From the NCBI RefSeq assembly GCF_035285525.1, contig NZ_JAYKGW010000217.1, forward strand, positions 18,654-50,653: 32,000 bases of DNA, in the 5' to 3' direction. The translations under genes and the position numbers were made by a program. Positions 17,647 through 26,846 of this stretch are shown here, piece by piece. This stretch comes from Okeania sp. (GTDB lineage: Bacteria; Cyanobacteriota; Cyanobacteriia; Cyanobacteriales; Microcoleaceae). Every line of letters begins with the position of its first letter. Position 1 is the first letter of the stretch. The notes beneath the pieces were generated by a model, which saw only the letters and a program-made list of their open reading frames with translations, was not told the DNA's origin and made no database searches.

Positions 17647-18672
17647 ATGCTCAAAATTAAAGATATTAGCGAACAAGGACTTTTAAAAAGACTACACCGT
17701 TTTTGTCCAGATAATATTATTGGCGATGATGGGGCTATTTTGCCAACTCAACCCCATAAATCATTAGTAGTAACAACCGATACCCTTGTCGATGGAATAC
17801 ATTTTAGCGATCGCACAACCTCCCCCGAAGATGTAGGTTGGCGTAGTGGTGCTGCGAACCTATCCGATCTGGCCGCTATGGGGGCATTTCCCATTGGGAT
17901 TACAATAGCTCTTGGTTTAACTGGCGATACACCCGTTACTTGGGTTGAACAACTTTATCAAGGAATCTATGACTGCTTAAAACCATACAATACTCCTATC
18001 GTCGGCGGAGATATTGTGCGATCGCCTGTCCTTACCATCTCAATTACTGCTTTCGGACAAGTTGAACCTTCTTATACTATACTTCGTTCCAATTGTCAAC
18101 CCCAAAATTCAATTGTAGTTACTGGAGTTCATGGAGCATCAAAGGCTGGATTAGAACTATTGCTTAACCCAGAATTAGGTGAATCTCTCACAGAAGCAGA
18201 ACGTTCTAGTCTAATTTTAGCTCACCAACGTCCCCAACCAAGGCTTGACATTTTAACAATTTTATGGCAATGCTTATCTTTAGATAGTGTTAATGGTGTA
18301 GAGGATAGGAAAAATCCTATTTTAGTAGGAGGAATGGATAGTAGTGATGGTCTCGCAGATGCAATTATTCAAATGTGTCGAGCATCTCAGGTAGGAGCCA
18401 GAATTGAACGAAATCAAATTCCCATTCCCTATTCTTTAACTAAACTTGTCTCATCTGAACAAGCATTACACTGGGCACTATATGGAGGAGAAGACTTCGA
18501 GCTAGTTTTATGTCTACCAACAGCTTATGGCCAAAAATTAGTTGAAAAAATTGGAGTCGATGCAGCTATAGTGGGTACAACTACTAATGAGAGTGAAATT
18601 TTATTAATAGATAGCCTAGGAATATACCCAAACCAGCAACTTACACTCAGTCAAGGATTTCAACATTTTTAA
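17647..18672 (+). CDS. thiL: Thiamine-monophosphate kinase
   Basis: 341 aa. AIR synthase-like fold motifs GDDGAIL, TTDTLVDGIHF, NLSDLAAMGA, GGDIV and GGEDFELV. Confidence 0.9.
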   Translation: MLKIKDISEQGLLKRLHRFCPDNIIGDDGAILPTQPHKSLVVTTDTLVDGIHFSDRTTSPEDVGWRSGAANLSDLAAMGAFPIGITIALGLTGDTPVTWVEQLYQGIYDCLKPYNTPIVGGDIVRSPVLTISITAFGQVEPSYTILRSNCQPQNSIVVTGVHGASKAGLELLLNPELGESLTEAERSSLILAHQRPQPRLDILTILWQCLSLDSVNGVEDRKNPILVGGMDSSDGLADAIIQMCRASQVGARIERNQIPIPYSLTKLVSSEQALHWALYGGEDFELVLCLPTAYGQKLVEKIGVDAAIVGTTTNESEILLIDSLGIYPNQQLTLSQGFQHF

Positions 18673-18727
18673 TTTTCTAGGGAGTAGGGAGTAAACTCAC
18701 CCCTAGTCCCTCCTGGGAGGGGAACAA

Positions 18728-18865
18728 GTCAAGAGGAATCTTGAGTTGTAGAGGACGTACACGGTTCCCGATAAATCGGAAAAATTATCTTTTGACTTGG
18801 ATTTCCCTCTCTTACCAAGATAATCACTTTTTTCGCCTTACCAAGCTCAAATCTGGTACTTTTTC
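18728..18865 (+). repeat. Dispersed repeat, family C, copy downstream of thiL (same orientation as 17424-17547)
   Basis: gtcaagaggaatcttgagttgtagagg...ggaaaaattatc...caaatctggtactttttc. The shared 16-mer is at 18849-18864. Confidence 0.65.
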
Positions 18866-18878
18866 ACAACCTAGGACG

Positions 18879-19132
18879 TGTCATCAATTAAATAAGTTAA
18901 CAAAAAGGCTGTGGTCTGTTCTGTAAAAATGGCGATCGCCCTAGAGAGTAGGTTCAGATACAGCGAGCGCACACCTGAAATTATCCGGTCAGTAGGGGTG
19001 GGTTTCTCAGTTAAATGAACGATTTTCAAAAGTCGAGTTAGATCAACCCGCCCCCAATGATGTAATGCAAAGTTTTAGCTTTGTCAGTCCACTACTTTTT
19101 TTGATCGAGCTGATAACGTCTAATTGATGACA
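18879..19132. mobile_element. 254-bp MITE-like unit bounded by 12-bp perfect inverted repeats (tgtcatcaatta / taattgatgaca)
   Basis: The inverted repeats are at 18879-18890 and 19121-19132. The interior holds a HIP1 site (18932-18939) and a GC-rich 10-bp stem, ggggtgggtt (18995-19004) / aacccgcccc (19045-19054). No ORF. Mobility is not demonstrated. Confidence 0.35.
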
Positions 19133-19133
19133 T

Positions 19134-19193
19134 ACCCTCAAAAGTCTAAAACCTTTATCTGTAAAAATTTTGAGATTTAATCAGCCAACCCTA
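19134..19193 (+). repeat. Dispersed repeat, family B copy
   Basis: accctcaaaagtctaaaacctttatctgtaaaaattttgagatttaatcagccaacccta aligns by eye with 15232-15288. Confidence 0.6.
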
Positions 19194-19232
19194 AATATCT
19201 ACGAAAAAACCGAGTTTCTTGGTTTACCTAGC

Positions 19233-19320
19233 AATTAACAATTAATAATTACCTCTCCCTGTTTGGGAGAGGATTGACGCTCAAGGAAAAAATTTTCTTT
19301 TCTCTTGGTCGATTGGATAT
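19233..19320 (+). repeat. Composite repeat left of gap2: aattaac/aattaat units, tacctct, hairpin cctctccc-tgttt-gggagagg (19252-19272), then gctcaaggaaaaaattttcttttctcttggtcgattggatat
   Basis: The last 42 nt (19279-19320) are the near-exact reverse complement of 20863-20903. Confidence 0.75.
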
Positions 19321-19383
19321 GGTTAAGGAACCCATTCATCCCTCGACCGCTTCTTCCTCTTGAAAAGAGAGGCTTTTAACCTA

Positions 19384-19404
19384 AATTATTAATTATTAAT
19401 TATT
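19384..19404. repeat. Heptamer array (aattatt x3) overlapping the gap2 stop codon
   Basis: Units are at 19384, 19391 and 19398. The gap2 stop is at 19403-19405. Confidence 0.8.
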
Positions 19405-20422
19405 AAGCAGCCCACTTCTGCGCTACAACTTCAGCTAAATCCACAACACGCTGACTGTAACCCCATTCATTATCATACCAAGCAATAACCTTTACCATAT
19501 CCCCATCCATAACCATTGTCAGACTCGCATCAACAATAGAAGAATTATCATTGCCACGATAGTCAATAGAAACCAAAGGTAGATCGTTATATAGAATAAT
19601 ACCCTTCATTGGTCCAGCTGCTGCTGCTTGTATAACTTCATTTACCTGTTCTACAAAAGTCTTTTTCTCAACTTGAGCCACTAAATCTACAACAGAAACG
19701 TTAGGAGTAGGAACACGCATCGCAATACCATTTAATTTACCCTTCATTTCTGGAATTACTAAAGCCACTGCTTTAGCTGCACCTGTAGAAGTGGGAACAA
19801 TATTTACCGCTGCAGCTCTAGCTCGTCGTAAATCTCTGTGACTAGCATCCAAAATACGTTGGTCCCCAGTATAACTATGAGTTGTAGTCATTGTACCTTT
19901 AATAATGCCAAAGTTGTCATTTATAACCTTGACCACAGGAGCTAGGCAGTTGGTGGTGCAACTAGCATTACTAATGATATTGTAATCTTCATGCTTATAA
20001 TCCTCGTGATTAACACCCATCACAAAAGTACCAATTTGTCCACCCTTACCAGGAGCAGTAATTAGAACCTTTTTAGCTCCAGCTTGTAAATGCTTTGAAG
20101 CTCCTTCCTCAGTCACAAATACACCTGTGGACTCAATAATTAAGTCAATGCCCCAGTCTTTCCATGGTAAATTTAAAGGATTACGGTCCGAAACACATTT
20201 AATTGTTTTGCCATTGACAGTAATAGAATTTTCATCAGCACTAATATCTACACCCTTTAAAGTGCCCAACATTGAATCATATCTTAGTAGATGAGCATTG
20301 GTTTTGGGGTCAGAAGTATCGTTAATACCTACAAGATCAAGTTGGCTATCTGTACGAGTCAGTAAGCAACGTAAAAAATTCCGTCCAATACGTCCAAAAC
20401 CATTTATGGCAACTCTAATCAC
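19403..20422 (-). CDS. gap2: Glyceraldehyde-3-phosphate dehydrogenase, Calvin-cycle NAD(P)-dependent type
   Basis: 339 aa. [26 protein letters not shown] and WYDNEWGYS are near-identical to cyanobacterial Gap2 as I remember it. GTG start at 20422-20420, with AGGAG 9 nt upstream. Confidence 0.95.
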   Translation of the reverse strand: MIRVAINGFGRIGRNFLRCLLTRTDSQLDLVGINDTSDPKTNAHLLRYDSMLGTLKGVDISADENSITVNGKTIKCVSDRNPLNLPWKDWGIDLIIESTGVFVTEEGASKHLQAGAKKVLITAPGKGGQIGTFVMGVNHEDYKHEDYNIISNASCTTNCLAPVVKVINDNFGIIKGTMTTTHSYTGDQRILDASHRDLRRARAAAVNIVPTSTGAAKAVALVIPEMKGKLNGIAMRVPTPNVSVVDLVAQVEKKTFVEQVNEVIQAAAAGPMKGIILYNDLPLVSIDYRGNDNSSIVDASLTMVMDGDMVKVIAWYDNEWGYSQRVVDLAEVVAQKWAA

Positions 20423-20862
20423 TTTTTTAGCTCCTAATAACAGCTTGTAAAATTTAATTTTTTAGACAGTTCCACACACTGATAAAAAAGTTTCAGTATG
20501 GGTTTTTTCGTAAATTTATCCATTTAAGTGGATATATTTCCTAGTTAACTAATTAAGTTCCCATGAGGCTCCACAGGTTACTTATTGATAGTTTCAGATA
20601 TTTCAGATATTTATTTCCGACTTCAACTCTTTCATGGCTTAATTCCACATCATTTACTTTTAGAGAAGTAATCTGAATTTCAGCCACGAGAGCTTAAGAG
20701 AAAATTAACCTCGACCATCATCATACAGCAAAATGGTAATTCGATAATTTTTTTATCGGTTAATTACGATCCCAAATTATTTATTAAAGCACTTATCAAA
20801 CAAATATTACTCAAGGTCAGGTGAAAAATGGTAATTCTCTGTCCTACTATCGTTAGTATGTC

Positions 20863-20945
20863 ATATCCAATCGACCAAGAAAAGAAAAAAAATTCCTTTG
20901 AGCCAACCCTCTGTTTTATAAGAATAGTTAATTATTAATTATTAA
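20863..20945 (-). repeat. Composite repeat right of gap2, inverted copy of 19233-19320
   Basis: atatccaatcgaccaagaaaagaaaaaaaattcctttgagc (20863-20903) is followed by ccaaccctctgtttt and aattatt x2 (20930-20943). The first 18 nt are identical to the reverse complement of 19303-19320. Confidence 0.75.
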
Positions 20946-21193
20946 ACATATATTTTTTCTGCTACGACAAAATCCTGATGATTAATCCTCAATCTGCCTT
21001 GGAGATGTGTCCGGAAAGATACTGGCCAATAGGTAAATAATTAATATAAAAAAAACTAATCATTCGAGATATAGACTATTCACAAAGCTAACCAGTGTTT
21101 TTACTAAATTACTGCTAAACTCTATCTAAAAAAAAAAATTCCTGGTATGATGTCGCGTGTTAAGGACGCGGTGTGGTGTGTAAGGAGCAATTA

Positions 21194-22828
21194 ATGAGTA
21201 AATATGTTGATTTAAGTGGTAAGCCATTTCACTTTATTGGTATTGGTGGCATCGGGATGTCGGCTCTTGCTTACATTTTAGCGAAACGCAACCTACCTAC
21301 TTATGGCTCAGATTTGAAATCTAGCCATATAACAAAACGCTTAGAAGCAATAGGGGCACACATATTCTGGCGTCAAGAAGCCAAAAATTTAGAGTTATTT
21401 CAGCAGAATATTGAAGAACAAAATTTATCTCGATCAGATAATCATAACTTAAATTTACCTTCTACTAATATCTCTAACAATAAGGTCGGAGAAGTAGTAA
21501 CTAAAAAACACCATGTTAGATTGGGAAATAAGGAAAGAATTTTTCAATTACCACAGGTAGTTTGTTCAACAGCAATAAATCAAACCAACTCCGAGTACAA
21601 GGCAGCCATTGAACTTGGATGTCCAATTTTGCATCGCTCAGATTTATTAGCAGCTCTAATTGAGGATTATCAAAGCATAGCTGTGGCTGGAACTCATGGC
21701 AAAACTACAACTAGCAGTTTAATTGGGTTGATGCTTCTGGAAACTGGTTTAGACCCTACCATTGTTGTTGGAGGAGAAGTAGATGCTTGGGGAGGTAATG
21801 CTCGTTTAGGTGAAGGTCCTTATCTGGTAGCTGAAGCAGATGAGTCAGACGGATCCTTAGTTAAATTATGTGCCCAAATTGGTGTAGTTACAAATATTGA
21901 ATTAGACCATCCAGACCATTACGAAAGTTTGGAACAGGTGGTAGAAACTTTCAAAACATTTAAAGGAAACTGTCAGGATATAGTGGGTTGTATAGACTGC
22001 TCTAATGTTAGAGATCAACTTCAACCAAACATTAGTTACAGCATTAATCCTAAAAGTGACGCTGATTATACAGTAGATTGTATAGATTATCGCTCTAATA
22101 TTACCTTGGCTCGTGTTTGGGAACGAGGCCAACTTTTAGGACAACTACAGTTGAATTTACTGGGTAAGCATAACTTAAGTAATGCTTTGGCTGCAGTCGC
22201 AGTGGGTAGATTATTAGGTTTAGAATTTTCTGCCATTGCCTCAGCGATCGCTAAGTTTCAGGGTGCGCATCGTAGGTTTGAACATCGGGGTGAATATAAC
22301 GGCATTGTTTTTATTGATGATTATGCTCATCATCCCAGTGAAATTACTGTAACTTTGGCGGCAGCTCGCTTATGGAAAAGTCAGCCATTAACTCTAAAGT
22401 CTCATACATCTACAACCAACTTACCTTTCATTCAACTAAGCAATAAGTCACAATCAATTGAAAGAGTTATTGCTATTTTCCAGCCTCATCGTTATAGTCG
22501 TACTCAGAGTTTTCTTTCCGAGTTTGCTAAGTCATTTAAAGATGCTGACATGGTGATTGTCACTGATATTTACAGTGCTGGAGAATCACCTGATGGTCAA
22601 ATTGATGGCCTTAAAGTAGCTGAAGCAATTTCTAGGGAGCATCAAAAGGTTTACTATCGATCATCTTTAGACTCAGTGACTAAATTTTTACATGAGGTTC
22701 TTAAGTCAGGAGATATGGCAATATTCCTTAGTGCTGGTAATCTGAATCGTATTATCCCAGAACTTATGGCATATTATCATCAATCACCTCAACCTCACTA
22801 TCAGGTGGTATCTGGTGAAATAGCTTAG
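21194..22828 (+). CDS. murC: UDP-N-acetylmuramate--L-alanine ligase, with two lineage-specific insertions
   Basis: GIGGIGMSALA and AGTHGKTTT motifs, and DDYAHHP. I prefer the ATG at 21194, preceded by taaggag at 21181-21187. The ORF track starts at GTG 21173. Confidence 0.9.
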   Translation: MSKYVDLSGKPFHFIGIGGIGMSALAYILAKRNLPTYGSDLKSSHITKRLEAIGAHIFWRQEAKNLELFQQNIEEQNLSRSDNHNLNLPSTNISNNKVGEVVTKKHHVRLGNKERIFQLPQVVCSTAINQTNSEYKAAIELGCPILHRSDLLAALIEDYQSIAVAGTHGKTTTSSLIGLMLLETGLDPTIVVGGEVDAWGGNARLGEGPYLVAEADESDGSLVKLCAQIGVVTNIELDHPDHYESLEQVVETFKTFKGNCQDIVGCIDCSNVRDQLQPNISYSINPKSDADYTVDCIDYRSNITLARVWERGQLLGQLQLNLLGKHNLSNALAAVAVGRLLGLEFSAIASAIAKFQGAHRRFEHRGEYNGIVFIDDYAHHPSEITVTLAAARLWKSQPLTLKSHTSTTNLPFIQLSNKSQSIERVIAIFQPHRYSRTQSFLSEFAKSFKDADMVIVTDIYSAGESPDGQIDGLKVAEAISREHQKVYYRSSLDSVTKFLHEVLKSGDMAIFLSAGNLNRIIPELMAYYHQSPQPHYQVVSGEIA

Positions 22829-23073
22829 ATGAAAAGACGAAGTTGAGTTAAATAATACCAATTTGCTCAAAAAATATTACAAGCTTAAGGCTAATTACCA
22901 AACCAAGAAGCAGTAATAATGACAATTCCTGAACATGTCACAGGTGACATAGTATGACTTATATTTCCTAGAGGTTGTCCTTCTAACTGACTAGAAATAT
23001 GTCAGAAATATTTGTCCAATTGGTATAAACCCAAAACAGGCTCTTTAAACTACCATAATTCAAGTTATTAGTT

Positions 23074-24045
23074 ATGACCATGACTCTTTCTTATCAAATA
23101 CCTACTTCAGTTCCCAAACCACAACATAAACCTATCCCACTATTAGGTACAGATTGTGTAATTAGGTCTAATGTTCCTTTGGCTCCTCTCACTTCTTTCC
23201 GAGTCGGAGGCCCTGCTGAATGGTATGTTACGCCAAAAAGATTGGAGCAACTGCAAGCAAGTTTTCAGTTTGCTAACTCCGAAGGGCTAGAAATAACTTT
23301 GCTAGGAGCTGGCTCTAATATGTTAGTTAGTGATAGTGGTTTATCTGGATTAGTTATTGGCAGTTGCAAGCTCCGGTACATCAACTTTGAAGAAGAAACA
23401 GGTCTCTTAACTGTGGGTGCTGGTGAATCATTACCACGTCTTGCTTGGAAGGCAGCAAGAATGGGCTGGCAAGGTTTAGAGTGGGCGGTTGGTATTCCTG
23501 GTACTATTGGTGGTGCAGTGGTAATGAATGCTGGGGCACAAGGTAAATGTATAGCTGATATATTAGTTAATGCCCATGTTATGTTACCTAATGGTGAAAT
23601 AGATATTTTATCTCCTCAAGACCTGGAATACAGTTATCGTCATTCCAAGCTACAAGGTAAATCTATTTTTGTGGCTCAAGCTACTTTTCAGCTACAACCA
23701 GGAGAAAACCCTGTTCTCATAAAAGCTATAACTTCTGAAAATTTTGACAAGCGAAAAACTACCCAACCTTATCACTTACCTAGCTGTGGTAGTGTTTTTC
23801 GGAACCCCAGACCAAAAGCTGCTGGTTGGTTAATTGAACAAACTGGACTTAAGGGGCATCAAATAGGTATGGCTCAGGTTGCTCACCGTCATGCTAACTT
23901 TATTCTTAACTGTGGAGGTGCTACAGCTAACGATATTTTACGACTGATTCACCATGTTCAAGAAGAGGTGGAAAAGCAGTGGTCTTTGTTATTAAAACCA
24001 GAGGTAAAAGTGATGGGAGATTTTTCAAAAGTAGCAAGTTTTTAA
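23074..24045 (+). CDS. murB: UDP-N-acetylenolpyruvoylglucosamine reductase
   Basis: 323 aa. FAD-binding domain motifs FRVGGPAEW, LGAGSN and GIPGTIGGAVVMNAGA, plus the C-terminal SCGSVFRNP. It lies directly after murC. Confidence 0.9.
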   Translation: MTMTLSYQIPTSVPKPQHKPIPLLGTDCVIRSNVPLAPLTSFRVGGPAEWYVTPKRLEQLQASFQFANSEGLEITLLGAGSNMLVSDSGLSGLVIGSCKLRYINFEEETGLLTVGAGESLPRLAWKAARMGWQGLEWAVGIPGTIGGAVVMNAGAQGKCIADILVNAHVMLPNGEIDILSPQDLEYSYRHSKLQGKSIFVAQATFQLQPGENPVLIKAITSENFDKRKTTQPYHLPSCGSVFRNPRPKAAGWLIEQTGLKGHQIGMAQVAHRHANFILNCGGATANDILRLIHHVQEEVEKQWSLLLKPEVKVMGDFSKVASF

Positions 24046-24662
24046 TTACAGTCAACCATAGTTTGTGTGGGATAATTTAGGGGTGCAAATATAAAGCATA
24101 GAAAATGAATAAGTTATTGTTATGAAAACTATTTTGATCCTAATCAATCAGGTTTTTAACAAAAAATCAATTTCTATTACTTTTTATAATACTATTGAGA
24201 TGAGCAGCAGTTTCAGATTTCCCACCTTCTGGAACTATTGATTGCTATACACAAGACATTCGAGTTAGAATAAAAAACTTTTCCTTAAGATTATTAATAA
24301 ATCCCTTGAGGAAACTATAAATGAATTAGCAAAATCAATGTCAATTTATTCATTATAATTAAGCGCTAAAAATTTATATGTATGTAGTGTTATGATTTTT
24401 ATGGTGGAGGATACCCGTGCTATAGCTTTGTAGATTAGTATTTTAATCAGCTCATACTAAAGCACAAAATAAAGTTAGATTTCATCTTATACCCAGTATG
24501 CCTTGATACAGGGATATTAAAAAAAATCCAAATCTTGATCAGGCAAGGAAAAGATTTAGATACTATAGTTATTTAATAATATCTAGACTTGGTATAAGTA
24601 ATTCAGAATCTATTGGCAACTAACAAATACTAAATAAGACTTACCATAGAAGAGTAATTAAT

Positions 24663-25010
24663 ATGACACAAGGAAAAGGTTTTGGCTTTGGCTTAGGTAA
24701 AATGAGAGAACTAACTGATGCTTTTAAAAAAGCTCAACAAGTTCAGGAAGGAGCCAAAAAACTTCAAGAAGAACTCGATAAATTAGAAGTTGAAGGAACA
24801 GCAGGTGGTGGTTTGGTGAAAGTTTTTCTCAGTGGGAACCAAGAACCGCGACGAGTAGAAATTTCACCAGATGTACTGAAGGAAGAAGCAGATGTAGTTG
24901 CTGAACTGATGACGGTAGCAATGCAAGATGCTTATACTAAGTCTACTACTACTATGCGGGAACGTATGGAAGAGTTGACAGGTGGTTTGAATATTCCAGG
25001 GTTATCTTAG
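24663..25010 (+). CDS. ybaB: YbaB/EbfC family nucleoid-associated DNA-binding protein
   Basis: 115 aa. The N-terminal lysine-rich helix ([25 protein letters not shown]), [10 protein letters not shown] and the acidic C-terminal helix are typical of the family. Confidence 0.85.
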   Translation: MTQGKGFGFGLGKMRELTDAFKKAQQVQEGAKKLQEELDKLEVEGTAGGGLVKVFLSGNQEPRRVEISPDVLKEEADVVAELMTVAMQDAYTKSTTTMRERMEELTGGLNIPGLS

Positions 25011-25267
25011 TTTAAATAGTAATAGTGGCTAGGAAAGGTTTGAAGTTAGTTATCTACAAAGCCATGGTAGACTAACTAACTGAGAAACTTTATCCTAGTC
25101 TTTTAGATTTCTGAAAGATTAAGAATTAAGATGACCATTGAGCTATCAGCAATAAGACTATATGCTTAAGGGTTGACAAACAGTTAATTCGTCAATTTTT
25201 AATAATTCTGGATTCTGCATTTGAAATTCTAAATTAATTTATGTAATTTTGGATTCTAAATTCATTT

Positions 25268-25750
25268 ATGTCTTATAAACTATTATTTGTTTGTCTTGGT
25301 AATATCTGTCGTTCTCCTTCGGCAGAAAATATTATGAATCATCTGATAGAAAAAGCTAATTTGAGCGAACGTATAATTTGTGATTCTGCTGGTACTGGGG
25401 GTTATCATATAGGTAGTCCTCCTGATTCTAGAATGACTTATGCAGCTAAAATGAGAGGTATTAATCTCAAAGGTTCAGCTCGTAAATTTCAAGTGGAAGA
25501 TTTTAATAATTTTGATTTAATTCTCACAATGGATCAGGAAAATTATCGAGATGTACTTCGTTTAGATAGTGCTGGTAAGTATAGGGATAAGGTGAAGTTA
25601 ATGTGTGATTTTTGTAGATATTTTGATATTAAGGAAGTACCCGATCCTTATTATGGTGGTTCAGATGGTTTTGATTATGTGATTGAAATACTTTTGGATG
25701 CTTGTGAGGGATTATTAGATGATTTGGTCAAAAATAAAATAGTAATTTAG
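25268..25750 (+). CDS. Low-molecular-weight protein-tyrosine phosphatase
   Basis: 160 aa. The P-loop CLGNICRSP near the N-terminus and the DPYYG aspartate loop. Confidence 0.9.
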   Translation: MSYKLLFVCLGNICRSPSAENIMNHLIEKANLSERIICDSAGTGGYHIGSPPDSRMTYAAKMRGINLKGSARKFQVEDFNNFDLILTMDQENYRDVLRLDSAGKYRDKVKLMCDFCRYFDIKEVPDPYYGGSDGFDYVIEILLDACEGLLDDLVKNKIVI

Positions 25751-25937
25751 TCATGGCTGAATTTAAAATTCTAGCAATCCTGTATAATTAATAAATTGTC
25801 TATTAAGAAAAAGGAATACTTGGCATGGGAGCAAAATGTTCCCACTGTCTATTTTGACAAATATTGTCGGACAATTTATCACCATTACCATTATAATACA
25901 ATAACCTAGATTATTTACAGCGGATTCCACTTTTATG

Positions 25938-26050
25938 AGGTACATCACACCCGCGCGAGCAAGATGCACAGTTCCCGAAAAATCCCTACTTATGAAGATT
26001 TAATTATTAAATCTGTGCTTCTTATGCTTTATGCTTGGAATTTGCTATAT
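25938..26050 (+). repeat. Dispersed repeat, family A copy
   Basis: gaggtacatcacacccgcgcgagcaagatgcacagttcccgaaaaatccctacttatgaagatttaattattaaatctgtgc...ggaatttgctatat shares its head, the attaaatctgt block and the gaatttgct-tat tail with 1402-1490. Confidence 0.6.
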
Positions 26051-26081
26051 CTAAAAATTATTAACGAAATTATAATTAAGG

Positions 26082-26774
26082 TTAATTAGATAGGTAATTT
26101 TCCATAGTAAAACGAACTAATTCAGCTCGATTATTAGTATTAGTTTTTCTCAATAAACTACTCACATATTTTTCAATAGTTCTAGGACTTAAATGTAGGC
26201 GATCGCCAATTTTAACATTAGAAAAACCATTAAGCAAAAGACCTAAAACTTCTTTTTCTCTAGCAGTTAAACTAATCTGATAATTTTTGATAATTGACTG
26301 AGATATTGCTTCTGAATCATCTGATTTTGATGCTTTTTCTGTTATTAAAGATTGACTATTATTAGATAAAGAATTAGCTTTAGGTGAAGCTTGGGCTATC
26401 AGAGCATATCTATCTAATAAAGCTCTAACTACAGCTCCTAATTCTACTAATTCAAAAGGCTTTGGTAAATAAACATCACAACCTAATTGATAACCTTTTA
26501 CCCTTTCCTGTACACTTGTATGAGCAGTTAGGAAAATAACAGGTAAAAGACGAAAATCTGGACGTCTCCGAACTTGTTTTACCAGTTCATAACCATCCAT
26601 TTCTGGCATGGCAATATCAGTAATAATTAGATGGGGTTGAGATTTTGCAACTAAGTCTAAAGCTTGTTGACCATTTTCCGCTTTGACAGCTAAGTAACCA
26701 GATACCTCTAGGTAGTCACTGATACATAGTCTAGTTCCTAAATCATCATCAACAACAAGAATTGTTAAAGGCAT
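26082..26774 (-). CDS. Response regulator, receiver domain plus LuxR/NarL-type HTH
   Basis: 230 aa. Acidic pocket VVDDD, phospho-acceptor context ITDIAMPEMDG and the conserved YLPKP lysine. The C-terminal LTAREKEVLGLL...SPRTIEKYVSSLLRK is a LuxR-type HTH. No cognate kinase lies in the window. Confidence 0.9.
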   Translation of the reverse strand: MPLTILVVDDDLGTRLCISDYLEVSGYLAVKAENGQQALDLVAKSQPHLIITDIAMPEMDGYELVKQVRRRPDFRLLPVIFLTAHTSVQERVKGYQLGCDVYLPKPFELVELGAVVRALLDRYALIAQASPKANSLSNNSQSLITEKASKSDDSEAISQSIIKNYQISLTAREKEVLGLLLNGFSNVKIGDRLHLSPRTIEKYVSSLLRKTNTNNRAELVRFTMENYLSN

Positions 26775-26799
26775 GGTTTTGTGGGAATGAGTCTAAAAT

Positions 26800-26846
26800 A
26801 ATTAATAATTAATAATTAATAATTAATAATTAATAATTAATAATTA
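26800..26846. repeat. Heptamer array (aattaat x6.7), 25 nt upstream of the response-regulator start codon
   Basis: Six perfect units were counted from 26800 to 26841, plus a partial unit. Confidence 0.9.

Noticed and set aside
18995-19054. tRNA or tRNA-like gene suggested by the GC-rich stem
   Set aside because: It is a single 10-bp stem with a 40-nt loop. It has no cloverleaf arms, no T-loop GTTCRA motif and no anticodon arm.
21392-21547. Intein or mobile insertion in murC
   Set aside because: The insert is only about 45-50 aa and low-complexity. It has no Cys/Ser-start or His-Asn-end splicing motifs and no endonuclease motifs.
25763-25969. 68-aa minus-strand ORF after the tyrosine phosphatase gene; also 27606-27806(+) and 31759-31962(+)
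   Set aside because: 25763-25969 runs into a family A repeat and has no motif. 27606-27806 overlaps the 3' end of pgi. 31759-31962 is antisense to the KGK-like pseudogene tail, whose homology to 624-1007 explains the sequence better.
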